Position numbers and translations under genes: made by a program. From Chloroflexota bacterium (GTDB lineage Bacteria; Chloroflexota; Dehalococcoidia; Dehalococcoidales; RBG-16-60-22), in assembly GCA_016190695.1 (NCBI GenBank), contig JACPQC010000015.1, forward strand, positions 13,435 to 77,434: a DNA stretch of 64,000 bases, read 5' to 3'. Position 1 is the first letter of the stretch. Every line of letters begins with the position of its first letter. Below the pieces are notes generated by a model. It was not told the origin of the DNA. It made no database searches and was given only the letters and a program-made list of their open reading frames with translations. Of the stretch, positions 18,061 through 27,598 are shown in pieces.

Positions 18061-19413
18061 ATGTCAGACAAGGCAGAGATGAGAGTGGAGGGGGTGGTCG
18101 ATGAGTTGTCCCGGAAGGGGGTGCAGTTCATCCACCTCCAGTTTACCGATGTCCTCGGCGTCGTTAAAAGCGTCACCATCCCCCTGGACCAGTTCCCTGA
18201 CTGCGCCCGGCGGGGCAAGTGGTTTGACGGCTCTTCGGTGGAAGGCTTCGTCCGGGTGCTGGAGAGCGATATGTATCTCAAGCCCGACCTGACCACGCTA
18301 TCCCTGCTCCCCTGGGAACAGGACAGCCAGCCCGCCGCCCGCGCCATATGTTTCCTGCTCACCCCGGAAGGGGCGCTGTTCCAGGGAGACCCCCGCGCCG
18401 CCCTGATACGGGCGGTACAGGAAGCGGCCTCCCTGGGCTACCAGTTTTATGTTTCCCCGGAGCTTGAGTTCTTCCTGTTTCTGCCCGCCGATGGCACCAG
18501 GATGGGCCCGTTGCCCCAGGACCGCAGCGGCTATTTCGACCTGTCGACGGGGCTATCGGCGTCGGTGCGCAAAGAGATGGTGGCCACGTTGAAGGAGATG
18601 TCCATCGGGGTGGAGGCCAGCCACCACGAGCTTGCCGTCGGCCAGCACGAGATCGATTTCCTGCCCGAAGAGGCGCTGAGAACGGCGGACAACCTGATCA
18701 CGGCCCGGTATACGTTGAAGGCGGTTGCCCAGCGGCACGGGCTGGACGTCACCTTTATGCCCAAGCCCCTGGAGAAGGCTGAAGGCAGCGGCATGCATCT
18801 CCATATGAGCCTGTTCCACGCCGGCACCAGCGAAAACGCCTTTTCCGCCCCCGCCGACGAGTACGGCCTGTCTCCGGTGGCCCGCCATTTTGTCGCCGGC
18901 CTGCTGCACCACGCCCGGGGCATGACCGCCATCCTGAACCCGCTGGTCAACTCGTACAAGCGGCTGGTGAGGGGGTTCGAGGCCCCAATCTATATTAGCT
19001 GGGCCAGGGTGAACCGCTCAGCCCTGGTGCGGGTACCCAGGGTCAATCCCGACAAGCTGCACACCACCCGCATCGAGATACGCAACCCGGACCCCGCCTG
19101 TAACCCGTACCTGGCCCTGGCCGTGCTGCTGAAATGCGGCCTGCATGGCGTCAGGGACAAGCTGCCCCTGCCCCCGCCAGTGGAGGAGAACCTGTTCACC
19201 TTTGACCCGGTGGAACTGGAGCGGCGACAGATAGCCCGCCTACCGGAGACGCTGGGGGAGGCGCTCGAGGAGATGCGCAGCGACGGCGTCATCAGGGAAG
19301 CGCTGGGCGATATGCTGTTCGAGAAGCTGCTGGAGGCCAAGGTGCGCGAGTGGCAGGAGTACCGCCAGCACGTCACGCCCTGGGAGATAGAGCACTACCT
19401 GGGAGTGTGGTAA
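18061..19413 (+). CDS. Glutamine synthetase family protein (GSI-alpha-like)
   Basis: FDGSS, PELEFF, HHELAVGQHEID, FMPKP, GSGMHLH, NSYKRL, NRSALVRVP and RIEIRNPD motifs; lacks the GSI-beta insertion. Confidence 0.92.
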   Translation: MSDKAEMRVEGVVDELSRKGVQFIHLQFTDVLGVVKSVTIPLDQFPDCARRGKWFDGSSVEGFVRVLESDMYLKPDLTTLSLLPWEQDSQPAARAICFLLTPEGALFQGDPRAALIRAVQEAASLGYQFYVSPELEFFLFLPADGTRMGPLPQDRSGYFDLSTGLSASVRKEMVATLKEMSIGVEASHHELAVGQHEIDFLPEEALRTADNLITARYTLKAVAQRHGLDVTFMPKPLEKAEGSGMHLHMSLFHAGTSENAFSAPADEYGLSPVARHFVAGLLHHARGMTAILNPLVNSYKRLVRGFEAPIYISWARVNRSALVRVPRVNPDKLHTTRIEIRNPDPACNPYLALAVLLKCGLHGVRDKLPLPPPVEENLFTFDPVELERRQIARLPETLGEALEEMRSDGVIREALGDMLFEKLLEAKVREWQEYRQHVTPWEIEHYLGVW

Positions 19414-20967
19414 ATGCCGACGGTGCAACAGGTGTGGCGGCAGGCCCTGCCTGCTGAGACTGAGCTGGTGGCCGGCGAGTCCGGTCTCTACGAGGAAGTT
19501 AGCTGGGTGGTCTCCCTGAAACCCACCCCGCCCGGCTTCCAGAGCATACGGGGCCGTGAGTTCGCCCTGGTGGACGCGGGCGCGGCGGAGAAGCTGGGCG
19601 TTTCCCTCCCCGCGCTGGTCTCTTCCCTGGCCGAGCGGAAGGTGAGCGCCACCGCCATCCTGGGCGATATCGTTCCCGACCTCAAGGCGCAGGCAGACAG
19701 GGCGGATATGTGCCTGTTCCGCCTCCCCCGCGGGTGTAATATCCTCTCGCTCGAGGCGGATATGGCCCGGCTCATCAGCGAAGAGAGGTCCCACCTCTAC
19801 AACCGGGAATACGAGCTGAGCAACGCCTTGATGGATGTCGCCCTTTCCGGCAAAGGGACCGGGGTGATACTGGAAAGATTGCGCCGGCTGACCGGGCGGA
19901 GCATCATGCTCCTGGATGCGGCCTTTCAGCCCCGCTCCGATGCCCCACCGGAGGCGCTCAGCGAGGTCAGTAACGCTGCCAAACTTATTGTGGAGAGGTT
20001 GGAGCGCTCTTCGTCCACGCCCCAGGTGGCCGGACTGAGGCTCGGCCCGGAGCACGCCTGTTTTGCCGGCCTGCTGACCCTGGGGCGCGCCACCGGAGGC
20101 TACCTTGTGTTGCTGGGGACGGCCGGGGAGCTGGGCGGGGCGGACCGGCTGGCGGTCAAGGTGGGCACCCTGGCGCTGACGGTAGAGATGTCCCGGCGCC
20201 AGGCGGTGGAGGAGACCGAAGACCGCTTCCAGACCGAGATAATGGAAAGCCTGCTCGCCGGCGATTTCTCTTCATCGCAGGTCATGGCTGAGCGGGCCAG
20301 GCGGCTCGGCCTGGACTTCTCGGTGCCCTACGTAGCCCTGGCAGTGCAGTCGCCGGAGCCGCATAAGCTGGAAGACCTTGCCGGTAAAGCGGCCTCAACG
20401 CTGCGGACGGCGCGATGCCACCTCCACCAGGGGGCGCTGGTGGTGCTGCATCCCAGCCCTGATGCGACCGTATCCGGGATGCGCCATCTGGGCGCTGAGA
20501 TTGCCCGCCAGTTGTCCGCAGGTGACGGGCCGGTGTCCCTGGGGCTGGGGCGGCCCTATACCGGCGCGGAAGGGGTCCACATCTCCTTCCAGGAGGCGCT
20601 GCGGGCGCTCACCATGGGCCGGCAGCTCTTCGGGGACGGGGCGGTGGTCTACTTCGGAGACCTGGGCATCTACCGTCTCCTCTTTTCCTCGGAGAAGTCC
20701 GAGCTGAAGACCTTCTGCGAAGAGCACCTGGGCCAACTTGCCGAGTACGACCGGAAAAACGCCGGCGAGTTGCTGCGCACCCTGGAAGTCTTTCTGAAGT
20801 GCAACAACATCTCCGAGACCGCCCGCCGCCTCCACGTCCACCGCAACACGCTGCTGTACCGCCTCAACCGCATCCAGGAGATCTCCGCCATCGACCTGGA
20901 AGACGGCGAGACGCGCCTGGCTCTGCACCTGGCTCTGCGCGCCCTGCAGGTAATCCAGTCCGCCTGA
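19414..20967 (+). CDS. PucR/CdaR-family transcriptional regulator
   Basis: PucR-like N-terminal domain and C-terminal HTH (ETARRLHVHRNTLLYRLNRI); TAAATG junction with the upstream GS gene. Confidence 0.92.
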   Translation: MPTVQQVWRQALPAETELVAGESGLYEEVSWVVSLKPTPPGFQSIRGREFALVDAGAAEKLGVSLPALVSSLAERKVSATAILGDIVPDLKAQADRADMCLFRLPRGCNILSLEADMARLISEERSHLYNREYELSNALMDVALSGKGTGVILERLRRLTGRSIMLLDAAFQPRSDAPPEALSEVSNAAKLIVERLERSSSTPQVAGLRLGPEHACFAGLLTLGRATGGYLVLLGTAGELGGADRLAVKVGTLALTVEMSRRQAVEETEDRFQTEIMESLLAGDFSSSQVMAERARRLGLDFSVPYVALAVQSPEPHKLEDLAGKAASTLRTARCHLHQGALVVLHPSPDATVSGMRHLGAEIARQLSAGDGPVSLGLGRPYTGAEGVHISFQEALRALTMGRQLFGDGAVVYFGDLGIYRLLFSSEKSELKTFCEEHLGQLAEYDRKNAGELLRTLEVFLKCNNISETARRLHVHRNTLLYRLNRIQEISAIDLEDGETRLALHLALRALQVIQSA

Positions 20968-20968
20968 T

Positions 20969-21079
20969 TTAGGCATTTTACACAAAATCGACCCTCCCTC
21001 TTTCTGTCATTCTATCCGTAGACCGCCCCCCTAACTTCCACTAGACTATTAGCAAGTGCTTTTTGTGCAAATAGTCCAG
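20969..21079 (+). promoter_or_regulatory. Putative amtB operon promoter with candidate PucR-family boxes
   Basis: TTAGGCATTTTACACAA (20969-20985); TAGACC-N17-TAGACT (21019-21047); partial box TTGTGCAAATAGTCCAG (21063-21079). Confidence 0.55.
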
Positions 21080-21095
21080 TCATCGGAGGGGAATA

Positions 21096-21236
21096 ATGTC
21101 AGTTGAAGTCATAATGGGGGCCGCGTCCTTCGTGGGGCTGTTTTTCGCCTGGGTGGTGCTGCCCAGCCAAATCCAGAAGCGGCATGATGGCAAAGATGTG
21201 AAGGCTCCCCCGGCGGAACCGGGGATCGAGTCATAG
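21096..21236 (+). CDS. 46-aa single-pass membrane peptide (not in ORF track)
   Basis: SD GGAGGGG then MSVEVIMGAASFVGLFFAWVVLPSQIQKRHDGKDVKAPPAEPGIES*; ends 13 nt before amtB. Confidence 0.7.
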   Translation: MSVEVIMGAASFVGLFFAWVVLPSQIQKRHDGKDVKAPPAEPGIES

Positions 21237-21249
21237 GGAGAGGGGCAGC

Positions 21250-22752
21250 GTGAGCTTTTTATCGGTCTTGTTGTCGCGTGAACATATAGCCGGATTGCCC
21301 CGGAGGACGAGGCTGCTCTGGCGGGCGGGCATCATCCTCTGCCTGCTCCTCTTCCTGGGCGTAGCTTTTGTGGCCGCCCCGGCGTTAGTGCGCGCTGACC
21401 CTACCGGCAGCGATACGCTGGCCGCCGACCCCGGCGCGCCGGTCAATATCGCCTGGACGTTGATGGCCGGTTTCCTGGTGTGGTTCATGCAGTTGGGCTT
21501 CGCCTTCCTCGGCGCCGGCCTGATCCGCTCCAAGAACACGGTGAACTATTTCACCAAGAGCTTTATCGATTTCTGCATAGCATCGCTGGCGTTCTGGGCC
21601 TTCGGTTTCGCCATCATGTTCGGCGGCTCGAAGCTGTCGCCGGGCCTGGAGCAAGGCAACAGTTTCATCGGCTACTCCGGCTTTTTCCTGGGCGGGGCCA
21701 GCTATGACGTCACCACCGTCGCTGTCTGGTTCTTCCAGATGGTCTTTGCCGCCACTGCCTGCACCATCGTCGCCGGCGCGGTGGCGGAGCGGATGAAGAT
21801 CACCGCCTACCTGGGCTACAGCTTCATTATCAGCGCCATCATCTATCCCGTTTACGGCAAGTGGGTCTGGGGCGGCGGCTGGCTGAGCGAGTTGACCATC
21901 GGCGGGGCTACCGGCGTCAGGGACTTTGCCGGCTCCGGGGTGGTGCACATGGTGGGCGGGCTGGCGGCGCTGGTGGGGGCGGCAATGGTCGGCCCCAGGA
22001 TAGGCAGGTTCAACAGGGACGGCACCCCGAACATTTTGCGGGGACACAACCTGCCCTACGTGGTCATCGGCACCTTCATACTCTTCTTCGGCTGGTTCGG
22101 CTTTAACGCGGGCAGCACCATGGCCGCCACCGATTTGCGCATCTCCATCATCGCCGCCAACACCTTTCTGGCCGGGGCCACCGGCGCCATAATCGCCCTC
22201 TACTGGAACTTTGTCCGCACCGGCAGGACGGATGTGATTATGGCCTGCAACGGGGCGCTGGCCGGGCTGGTCGGCATTACCGCCGGGTGCGCCTTCGTGC
22301 CGCCCTGGGCCGCCGTGCTCATCGGGGCGATATCGGCGCCGGCGATGATGCTCACCGCCTGGTTCGTCGAGCGGCGGCTAAAGGTGGATGACGCTGTCGG
22401 CGCTGTCGCCGTCCATTTCGGCGCGGGAGTCTGGGGGCTGCTGGCCGTGGGCATCTTCGCCGATGGCACCTATCTCGGCGTGAAAGGACTTATCGCCGGG
22501 GAAGCGGGGCAGCTATTGCTCCAGGTGCTCAACATCGGCGTGCTCATTGCCTGGGTACTGCCCACCGCCTTCATCACCTTCTGGCTTATGGACAGGACCA
22601 TGGGACTGCGCGCCACCGCCGAGGAAGAACTGCTGGGCCTCGATGTCCCCGAGCATGGCATGGAGGCCTACCCCGGCCAAATGAGGCTTGAGCCTTCGCT
22701 GCGCCGGGCCATGCCGCTCACCGGTCCTGGAGAGGCCGGGCAGGTTAGTTGA
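21250..22752 (+). CDS. amtB: Ammonium transporter
   Basis: FMQLGFAFL, FFQMVFAA, DFAGSGVVH, GWFGFNAGS and VDDAVGAVAVH (twin His) motifs. Confidence 0.96.
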   Translation: MSFLSVLLSREHIAGLPRRTRLLWRAGIILCLLLFLGVAFVAAPALVRADPTGSDTLAADPGAPVNIAWTLMAGFLVWFMQLGFAFLGAGLIRSKNTVNYFTKSFIDFCIASLAFWAFGFAIMFGGSKLSPGLEQGNSFIGYSGFFLGGASYDVTTVAVWFFQMVFAATACTIVAGAVAERMKITAYLGYSFIISAIIYPVYGKWVWGGGWLSELTIGGATGVRDFAGSGVVHMVGGLAALVGAAMVGPRIGRFNRDGTPNILRGHNLPYVVIGTFILFFGWFGFNAGSTMAATDLRISIIAANTFLAGATGAIIALYWNFVRTGRTDVIMACNGALAGLVGITAGCAFVPPWAAVLIGAISAPAMMLTAWFVERRLKVDDAVGAVAVHFGAGVWGLLAVGIFADGTYLGVKGLIAGEAGQLLLQVLNIGVLIAWVLPTAFITFWLMDRTMGLRATAEEELLGLDVPEHGMEAYPGQMRLEPSLRRAMPLTGPGEAGQVS

Positions 22753-22781
22753 TAACGGTAAAGATACAAGGAGGAAAAAAT

Positions 22782-24236
22782 ATGGCGATTCAACCGGGAA
22801 TTCAGGGGGAGACCTTCAGGGACTACAGGGACTTGCTGGAGTGGGCCCAGGAGAAGGGCTGCCAGTTCGTGGACCTCAAGTTCGTAGACCTGCTCGGCCA
22901 GTGGCAGCATTTCTCCATATCAATGGCTGGCGTTGACGAAGACCTCTTCACCGAGGGCATCGGCTTTGACGGCTCTTCGATCAGGGGCTTCCAGAAAATA
23001 CACGAGAGCGACATGCTCCTGGTGCCTGACCTGAGCACCGCTATTCTTGACCCTGCCCTCGAAGTGCCCACCATAAGCATGGTCTGCGATATAAAAGACC
23101 CGATCACCGGCCAGAGCTACTCCCGCGATCCCCGGTGCGTGGCCAGGAAGGCCGAGGGATACCTGAAGACCACCGGCATAGCCGAGATGAGCTACTGGGG
23201 CCCGGAGCTGGAGTTCTTTATCTTCAACAGCATCCGGTTCGAACAGAACGGTCACGCCGGGCACTATGCCATCGACTCCGACGAGGGCATCTGGAACTCC
23301 GGCAACGGTCACGGCGCGCCTAACCTGGCCTACCGCCCCCGCCCCAAGGAGGGCTATTTCCCGGTGCCGCCCACAGACAAGCTCCAGGACCTCCGCTCCC
23401 GGATGGCCATGAAGATGATGGAGTCGGGCATCGACGTCGAGGTGCACCACCACGAGGTGGCCACCGGCGGACAGGTGGAGTTCGACATGCGCTTTGACAC
23501 CCTCACCCGCATGGCGGACAAGGTGATGTTGTACAAGTACATCGTTAAGAATATGGCCATCAAGCACGGCTTCACCGCCACCTTTATGCCCAAGCCGCTG
23601 TTCGGGGACAACGGCTCCGGAATGCACGTCCACCAGAGCCTGTGGAACGATTCCAGCAACGTATTTTACGATAGCAACGGCTACGGGCTGCTCAGCGCCG
23701 ACGCCCGCTACTACATCGGCGGACTGCTGGCCCACGCCCCGGCGTTGCTGGCCCTGTGCGCCCCCACCACCAACTCCTACCGGCGGCTGGTGCCCGGCTA
23801 CGAAGCCCCGATAAACCTGGTCTACTCCCAGCGCAACCGGAGCGCCTGTATCCGCATCCCGGTTTACTCCTCGAAGCCGAAGGCCAAGCGCATCGAGTTC
23901 CGCTGTCCCGACGCCACCGCCAACCCCTATCTGGCCTTTGCCGCCATGTTGATGGCCGGGCTGGACGGCATCAAGAACAAGATCGACCCCGGCGAGCCTA
24001 TGGACCGGGACGTCTACGAGCTTGGGCCTGAGGAGAAGGCCAGGATAAAGTCCACGCCTGGTTCCCTGGGGGAGGTGCTGGAAGCCCTGGAGCGTGACCA
24101 TGCTTTCCTGCTCGTGGGGGATGTCTTCACCCCGGACCTGATAGAGAACTGGATAAGCTACAAGAGAAAGCATGAACTGGAGCCGGTGGCGCTACGTCCC
24201 CATCCCTACGAGTTCTATCTCTACCATGACGTCTAG
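22782..24236 (+). CDS. glnA: Glutamine synthetase type I (GSI-beta)
   Basis: FDGSSIRGF, EGYFPVPP, HHHEVATGGQ, GDNGSGMH and RPHPYEF motifs; beta insertion and adenylylation-site-like MDRDVY; SD AGGAGG. Confidence 0.97.
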   Translation: MAIQPGIQGETFRDYRDLLEWAQEKGCQFVDLKFVDLLGQWQHFSISMAGVDEDLFTEGIGFDGSSIRGFQKIHESDMLLVPDLSTAILDPALEVPTISMVCDIKDPITGQSYSRDPRCVARKAEGYLKTTGIAEMSYWGPELEFFIFNSIRFEQNGHAGHYAIDSDEGIWNSGNGHGAPNLAYRPRPKEGYFPVPPTDKLQDLRSRMAMKMMESGIDVEVHHHEVATGGQVEFDMRFDTLTRMADKVMLYKYIVKNMAIKHGFTATFMPKPLFGDNGSGMHVHQSLWNDSSNVFYDSNGYGLLSADARYYIGGLLAHAPALLALCAPTTNSYRRLVPGYEAPINLVYSQRNRSACIRIPVYSSKPKAKRIEFRCPDATANPYLAFAAMLMAGLDGIKNKIDPGEPMDRDVYELGPEEKARIKSTPGSLGEVLEALERDHAFLLVGDVFTPDLIENWISYKRKHELEPVALRPHPYEFYLYHDV

Positions 24237-24282
24237 AGTCCCGGATAATTCCGGCTGGAAGTTTCTTCAGGGAGGTGCGGCA

Positions 24283-24489
24283 GTGAGTTATGATCTGGCT
24301 AACATCACCAGGAGCGGGGGAATTTACCACGTCATGTACCTGTGGGCGATGACCTCGCCCAGGCTGGCCCGGGCCGGCGAACTGCCCGGGGACAAGGCTC
24401 ACGCTTCCACTGGAGACGTTGCTGTCGAGGTCCCCGCAGCGGACTCGGAGCGGCGGGAGGACAGCGTGGGAGTGCCACTGGCAACTTAG
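24283..24489 (+). CDS. 68-aa hypothetical small protein at the end of the glnA operon
   Basis: SD GGAGGT, GTG start, sequence SYDLANITRSGGIYHVMYLWAMTSP..; lies before the terminator. Confidence 0.5.
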   Translation: MSYDLANITRSGGIYHVMYLWAMTSPRLARAGELPGDKAHASTGDVAVEVPAADSERREDSVGVPLAT

Positions 24490-24515
24490 CCGGCTAAGGC
24501 TAACAGGCTTAAATC

Positions 24516-24572
24516 GGGCAGGGCCTCTTCTCGCCTGGAAAAAGGGTGGGAGGGGGTCCTGCCTGTTTTTTT
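24516..24572 (+). terminator. Intrinsic terminator of the amtB-glnA operon
   Basis: GGCAGGGCCTCTTCTCGCC..GGTGGGAGGGGGTCCTGCC stem followed by a T run. Confidence 0.8.
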
Positions 24573-24655
24573 GAACTGTGAAACGCTCTTGGCCGGGGGC
24601 CTCCCCGTGTTGTATCATAGGAGGGAGAAAACCAGTTGCGGGAAAGGGAGGTGAC

Positions 24656-25042
24656 ATGGCAGCCTACGGTTACAAGCGACAGGTCAGCGCCGGCTACGAG
24701 GAAACGGTAGCAAAGACGAGGGCCGAGCTGCAGAAGGAAGGCTTTGGCGTGCTCACCGAGATAGACGTCAAGGCCACCCTGAAGAAGAAACTGGACGTCG
24801 ATTTTGACAAGTATATCATCCTGGGGGCCTGTAATCCGCCCTTTGCCTACCAGGCCCTTCAAGCGGAAAAAGATATCGGCCTGCTGATGCCGTGCAACGT
24901 CATCGTCCACGAGCAGGGGGGCAAGAGCTATGTATCGGCCATCCTGCCGACGGTGGCCATGGGCATGGTTGACAACGACAAGCTGCGCGGCCTGGCCGCC
25001 CAAGTGGAGACCAAGCTGAAGAAGGTCATCGACAGCGTTTGA
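24656..25042 (+). CDS. DUF302 domain protein
   Basis: GFGVLTEIDVKATLKKKL, ILGACNP and IGLLMPCNV motifs. Confidence 0.92.
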   Translation: MAAYGYKRQVSAGYEETVAKTRAELQKEGFGVLTEIDVKATLKKKLDVDFDKYIILGACNPPFAYQALQAEKDIGLLMPCNVIVHEQGGKSYVSAILPTVAMGMVDNDKLRGLAAQVETKLKKVIDSV

Positions 25043-25068
25043 AAAGGACGCCGGGTTGACAAGAGGCG

Positions 25069-25941
25069 CTAGAGCGAGCTACTGAGTTCCCGGTACTTGG
25101 CCGGGCTTGCCTCGAACCTCTTTTTGCACTCCACCGAACAAAAGTAATAGGTGTCCCCGTCATATTGGAAGGAGTCGGGGGTCTTGGTGCGCTCAATAGC
25201 CATGAGACATACGGGGTCGAGCGTTACACCGTCAGACCACCTCACTCGCAAGCGCCCATCTTCCAGCCACAGGGTGCGGTCCACCAGGGCGCGGATCCTG
25301 TGGTCGTGGCTGACTATGACTATCGTCTTACCTTGCTCCTTGGAGATATTTCTTAGCAGCTCTGTTACGGTCTGTCCCGACTTGGAATCCAGGTTGGCCG
25401 TAGGCTCGTCAGCCAGCAACACCTGCGGGTCGTTGGCCAGCGCCCTGGCTACGGCTACCCTCTGCTGCTCGCCGCCACTTAGCATGGCTGGCCTGTGGGA
25501 CAACCTGTGTCCGAGACCCAGTCGCTCCAGTAATTCCGCAGCTTTATTCCGGGCCGTGTTTCCCTGCACACCACCCAGGTTAACAACCATCTCCACGTTC
25601 TGAGCTGCGGTCAGGGTGGACAGCAAATTCGGAGTCTGAAAGATAAAGCCGAAAGTCTTCAGCCTGACCTGTGGCAGCGCCTTCTCGGGTAGAGACGCGA
25701 TGTCCCTGCCGCCGATCATTACTTCGCCGGACGTCGGCCTCATCAGTGCGCCGATGATTTGCAGCAAGGTTGTCTTCCCTGAGCCGGAAGGCCCCATGAC
25801 GGCCACGATTTCCCCTCTGGCCACGTGCAGTGAGACATCATCGACCGCTCTCACTGCCACCGGCCCGCTGCCGTAGACCTTGCTCAGGTGCCGCAGGTCT
25901 ATGATTACATCATTATCATTGTCCATGACTTGCGCGATCAT
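25069..25941 (-). CDS. LolD/MacB-type ABC ATPase with C-terminal YHS/TRASH domain
   Basis: [16 protein letters not shown] and LADEPTANLD motifs; C-terminal DPVC..YYFCSVECKKRF. Confidence 0.92.
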   Translation of the reverse strand: MIAQVMDNDNDVIIDLRHLSKVYGSGPVAVRAVDDVSLHVARGEIVAVMGPSGSGKTTLLQIIGALMRPTSGEVMIGGRDIASLPEKALPQVRLKTFGFIFQTPNLLSTLTAAQNVEMVVNLGGVQGNTARNKAAELLERLGLGHRLSHRPAMLSGGEQQRVAVARALANDPQVLLADEPTANLDSKSGQTVTELLRNISKEQGKTIVIVSHDHRIRALVDRTLWLEDGRLRVRWSDGVTLDPVCLMAIERTKTPDSFQYDGDTYYFCSVECKKRFEASPAKYRELSSSL

Positions 25942-27047
25942 TGCTGCTTAAAGACCACCGCCGGGTCTATCTGAGATAACCTTCTCACCGGAATGAAGGA
26001 GGCCACCAGGCCGGTGACGACAAACAATGAGAATACCCATGCCATCATTCTCGGCGTGATAGTTGATACGAACTCAGGCACCAAGTACTGCATACCGGAC
26101 ATCAACGGCGGAGAGATGGCGGCTCCGATGACGAAGCCGAGGATGGAAACAGTCAGGGACTGGAACAACACGATCCGGTAGAGGTAGAGGTTGCCAGCCC
26201 CGATAGCCCTTAATATCCCGTATTCCCGGCTCTTCTCAATGGTCATGGTATAGACCAGCAGGCCGACCACAAGCACACCTACCAGGGCGCCAATTGCGCT
26301 GATGACAAAAACAATAGGCAGAAAACCGCCAACGGTCTCCTCCTTTGCCTGCGCCGCGTTTTCCCGGCTGGTGCTCACTGATACGGCTGGCAGGTTGCTT
26401 TCAATAGCCTGCTTGACCTGGGTCACATCACCGGGCGCCTTCACTGTTACCAGAAAGAAATTGGTCAGGTCACCTGGCATGAAGGAGCGGGCGTCCTCCA
26501 ATGTGACGAAGACCATGTAAGAGATCAGGGTGAAGGTCTCGTCTGAGATGCCCACGATCTCGAAGCGTTTGCCTTCCAGCTCCATGCTGTCCCCAATGCC
26601 CAGGCCCTTTTTCTGTGCCAGTACCCTATCTACGATCGCTTCACCATCACGCGGTGTCGATTTCCCCTCGACGACCTTCCAGGGACCCCCCAGCCCGCTG
26701 ACAGTATCGAAGCCATTGATAGAAACGAGCACCTGTTCCCCATTCATATCGGTGGCTATGGGTCGCCTTATCAGTGGGGACACCTTCTGTATGCCGTTAA
26801 TCTCCTTCAAGTCCGATGCCAACCGATTACTCGGTAGCGAAGGGCTGTGCAGCGAGCCGGAAGAGCCTTTGGAAGTTACCCACAGATCAGCCCCTGCTTT
26901 CATCACCATATTGTCCACCACGGCGCTAATGGCGTAGTACAGCCCGGTCGTGGCGAAGATAAGAAAAACAGCCAGGACAACCCCGCCGACACTGAGGGCG
27001 ATCTTTGACCTCTCGCGCAGCAGGTTTTCTTTAGCCAAAGATACCAT
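25938..27047 (-). CDS. MacB/FtsX-family ABC permease
   Basis: N-terminal TM, extracytoplasmic domain, EKSREYGILRAIGA, three C-terminal TMs and IDPAVVFK. Confidence 0.9.
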   Translation of the reverse strand: MVSLAKENLLRERSKIALSVGGVVLAVFLIFATTGLYYAISAVVDNMVMKAGADLWVTSKGSSGSLHSPSLPSNRLASDLKEINGIQKVSPLIRRPIATDMNGEQVLVSINGFDTVSGLGGPWKVVEGKSTPRDGEAIVDRVLAQKKGLGIGDSMELEGKRFEIVGISDETFTLISYMVFVTLEDARSFMPGDLTNFFLVTVKAPGDVTQVKQAIESNLPAVSVSTSRENAAQAKEETVGGFLPIVFVISAIGALVGVLVVGLLVYTMTIEKSREYGILRAIGAGNLYLYRIVLFQSLTVSILGFVIGAAISPPLMSGMQYLVPEFVSTITPRMMAWVFSLFVVTGLVASFIPVRRLSQIDPAVVFKQQ

Positions 27048-27073
27048 GAAAGCAAATCACCTTGAATCTACTT

Positions 27074-27119
27074 CATACCCCTATAGAGTATGATAGAGCC
27101 AAATATATAATCTTGTCAA
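27074..27119 (-). promoter_or_regulatory. Promoter with a CsoR/RcnR-type operator
   Basis: Near-perfect palindrome CATACCCCTATAGAGTATG (27074-27092) overlaps the -10 of a minus-strand TTGACA-N18-TATCAT. Confidence 0.7.
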
Positions 27120-27135
27120 GAGGTAATTGATAGTA

Positions 27136-27465
27136 TTACTTGTAACGTTCTATTTCTTTGCCCAGGAAATAGCTCAGCACCGTCCTGATGGCCACTATGC
27201 CACCCAGGATGGCCAGCTCCTCAAGCGTGGGCCGGATCACGCTGCGAACGATGTCGGCGGCGATGAGAAACTCCAGGCCGAGCAGCAGGTGAAAGCCGAG
27301 GTCATAGCGGATTTTCTCAAAGGCGGGGGCCTTCTCGTCCCCGCTCCTGAGCCGCTTCCATTCGACGGCTACCAGTTCCACCACGCTTAATATTACGCCG
27401 TAGATGATCACCAGGCCGGCTATGGAGGCGATGCCCAGGGTCACGTAATCAACTACCTGCTGCAT
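27136..27465 (-). CDS. DUF1622 membrane protein
   Basis: LLLGLEFLIAADIVRS..P..IVAIRTVLSYFL. Confidence 0.9.
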   Translation of the reverse strand: MQQVVDYVTLGIASIAGLVIIYGVILSVVELVAVEWKRLRSGDEKAPAFEKIRYDLGFHLLLGLEFLIAADIVRSVIRPTLEELAILGGIVAIRTVLSYFLGKEIERYK

Positions 27466-27598
27466 ATGGCTTGTCTCCTGCAAGCGGGCGCCCTCTGGTC
27501 TTAGTGTAAGAAATATTATGGCATTATTCAAGGGGAGATTCCGGGCGGGCACGGCGCTCCTGTTGACTCTACGTGCCATATTGTATAATCCCCTTTAG

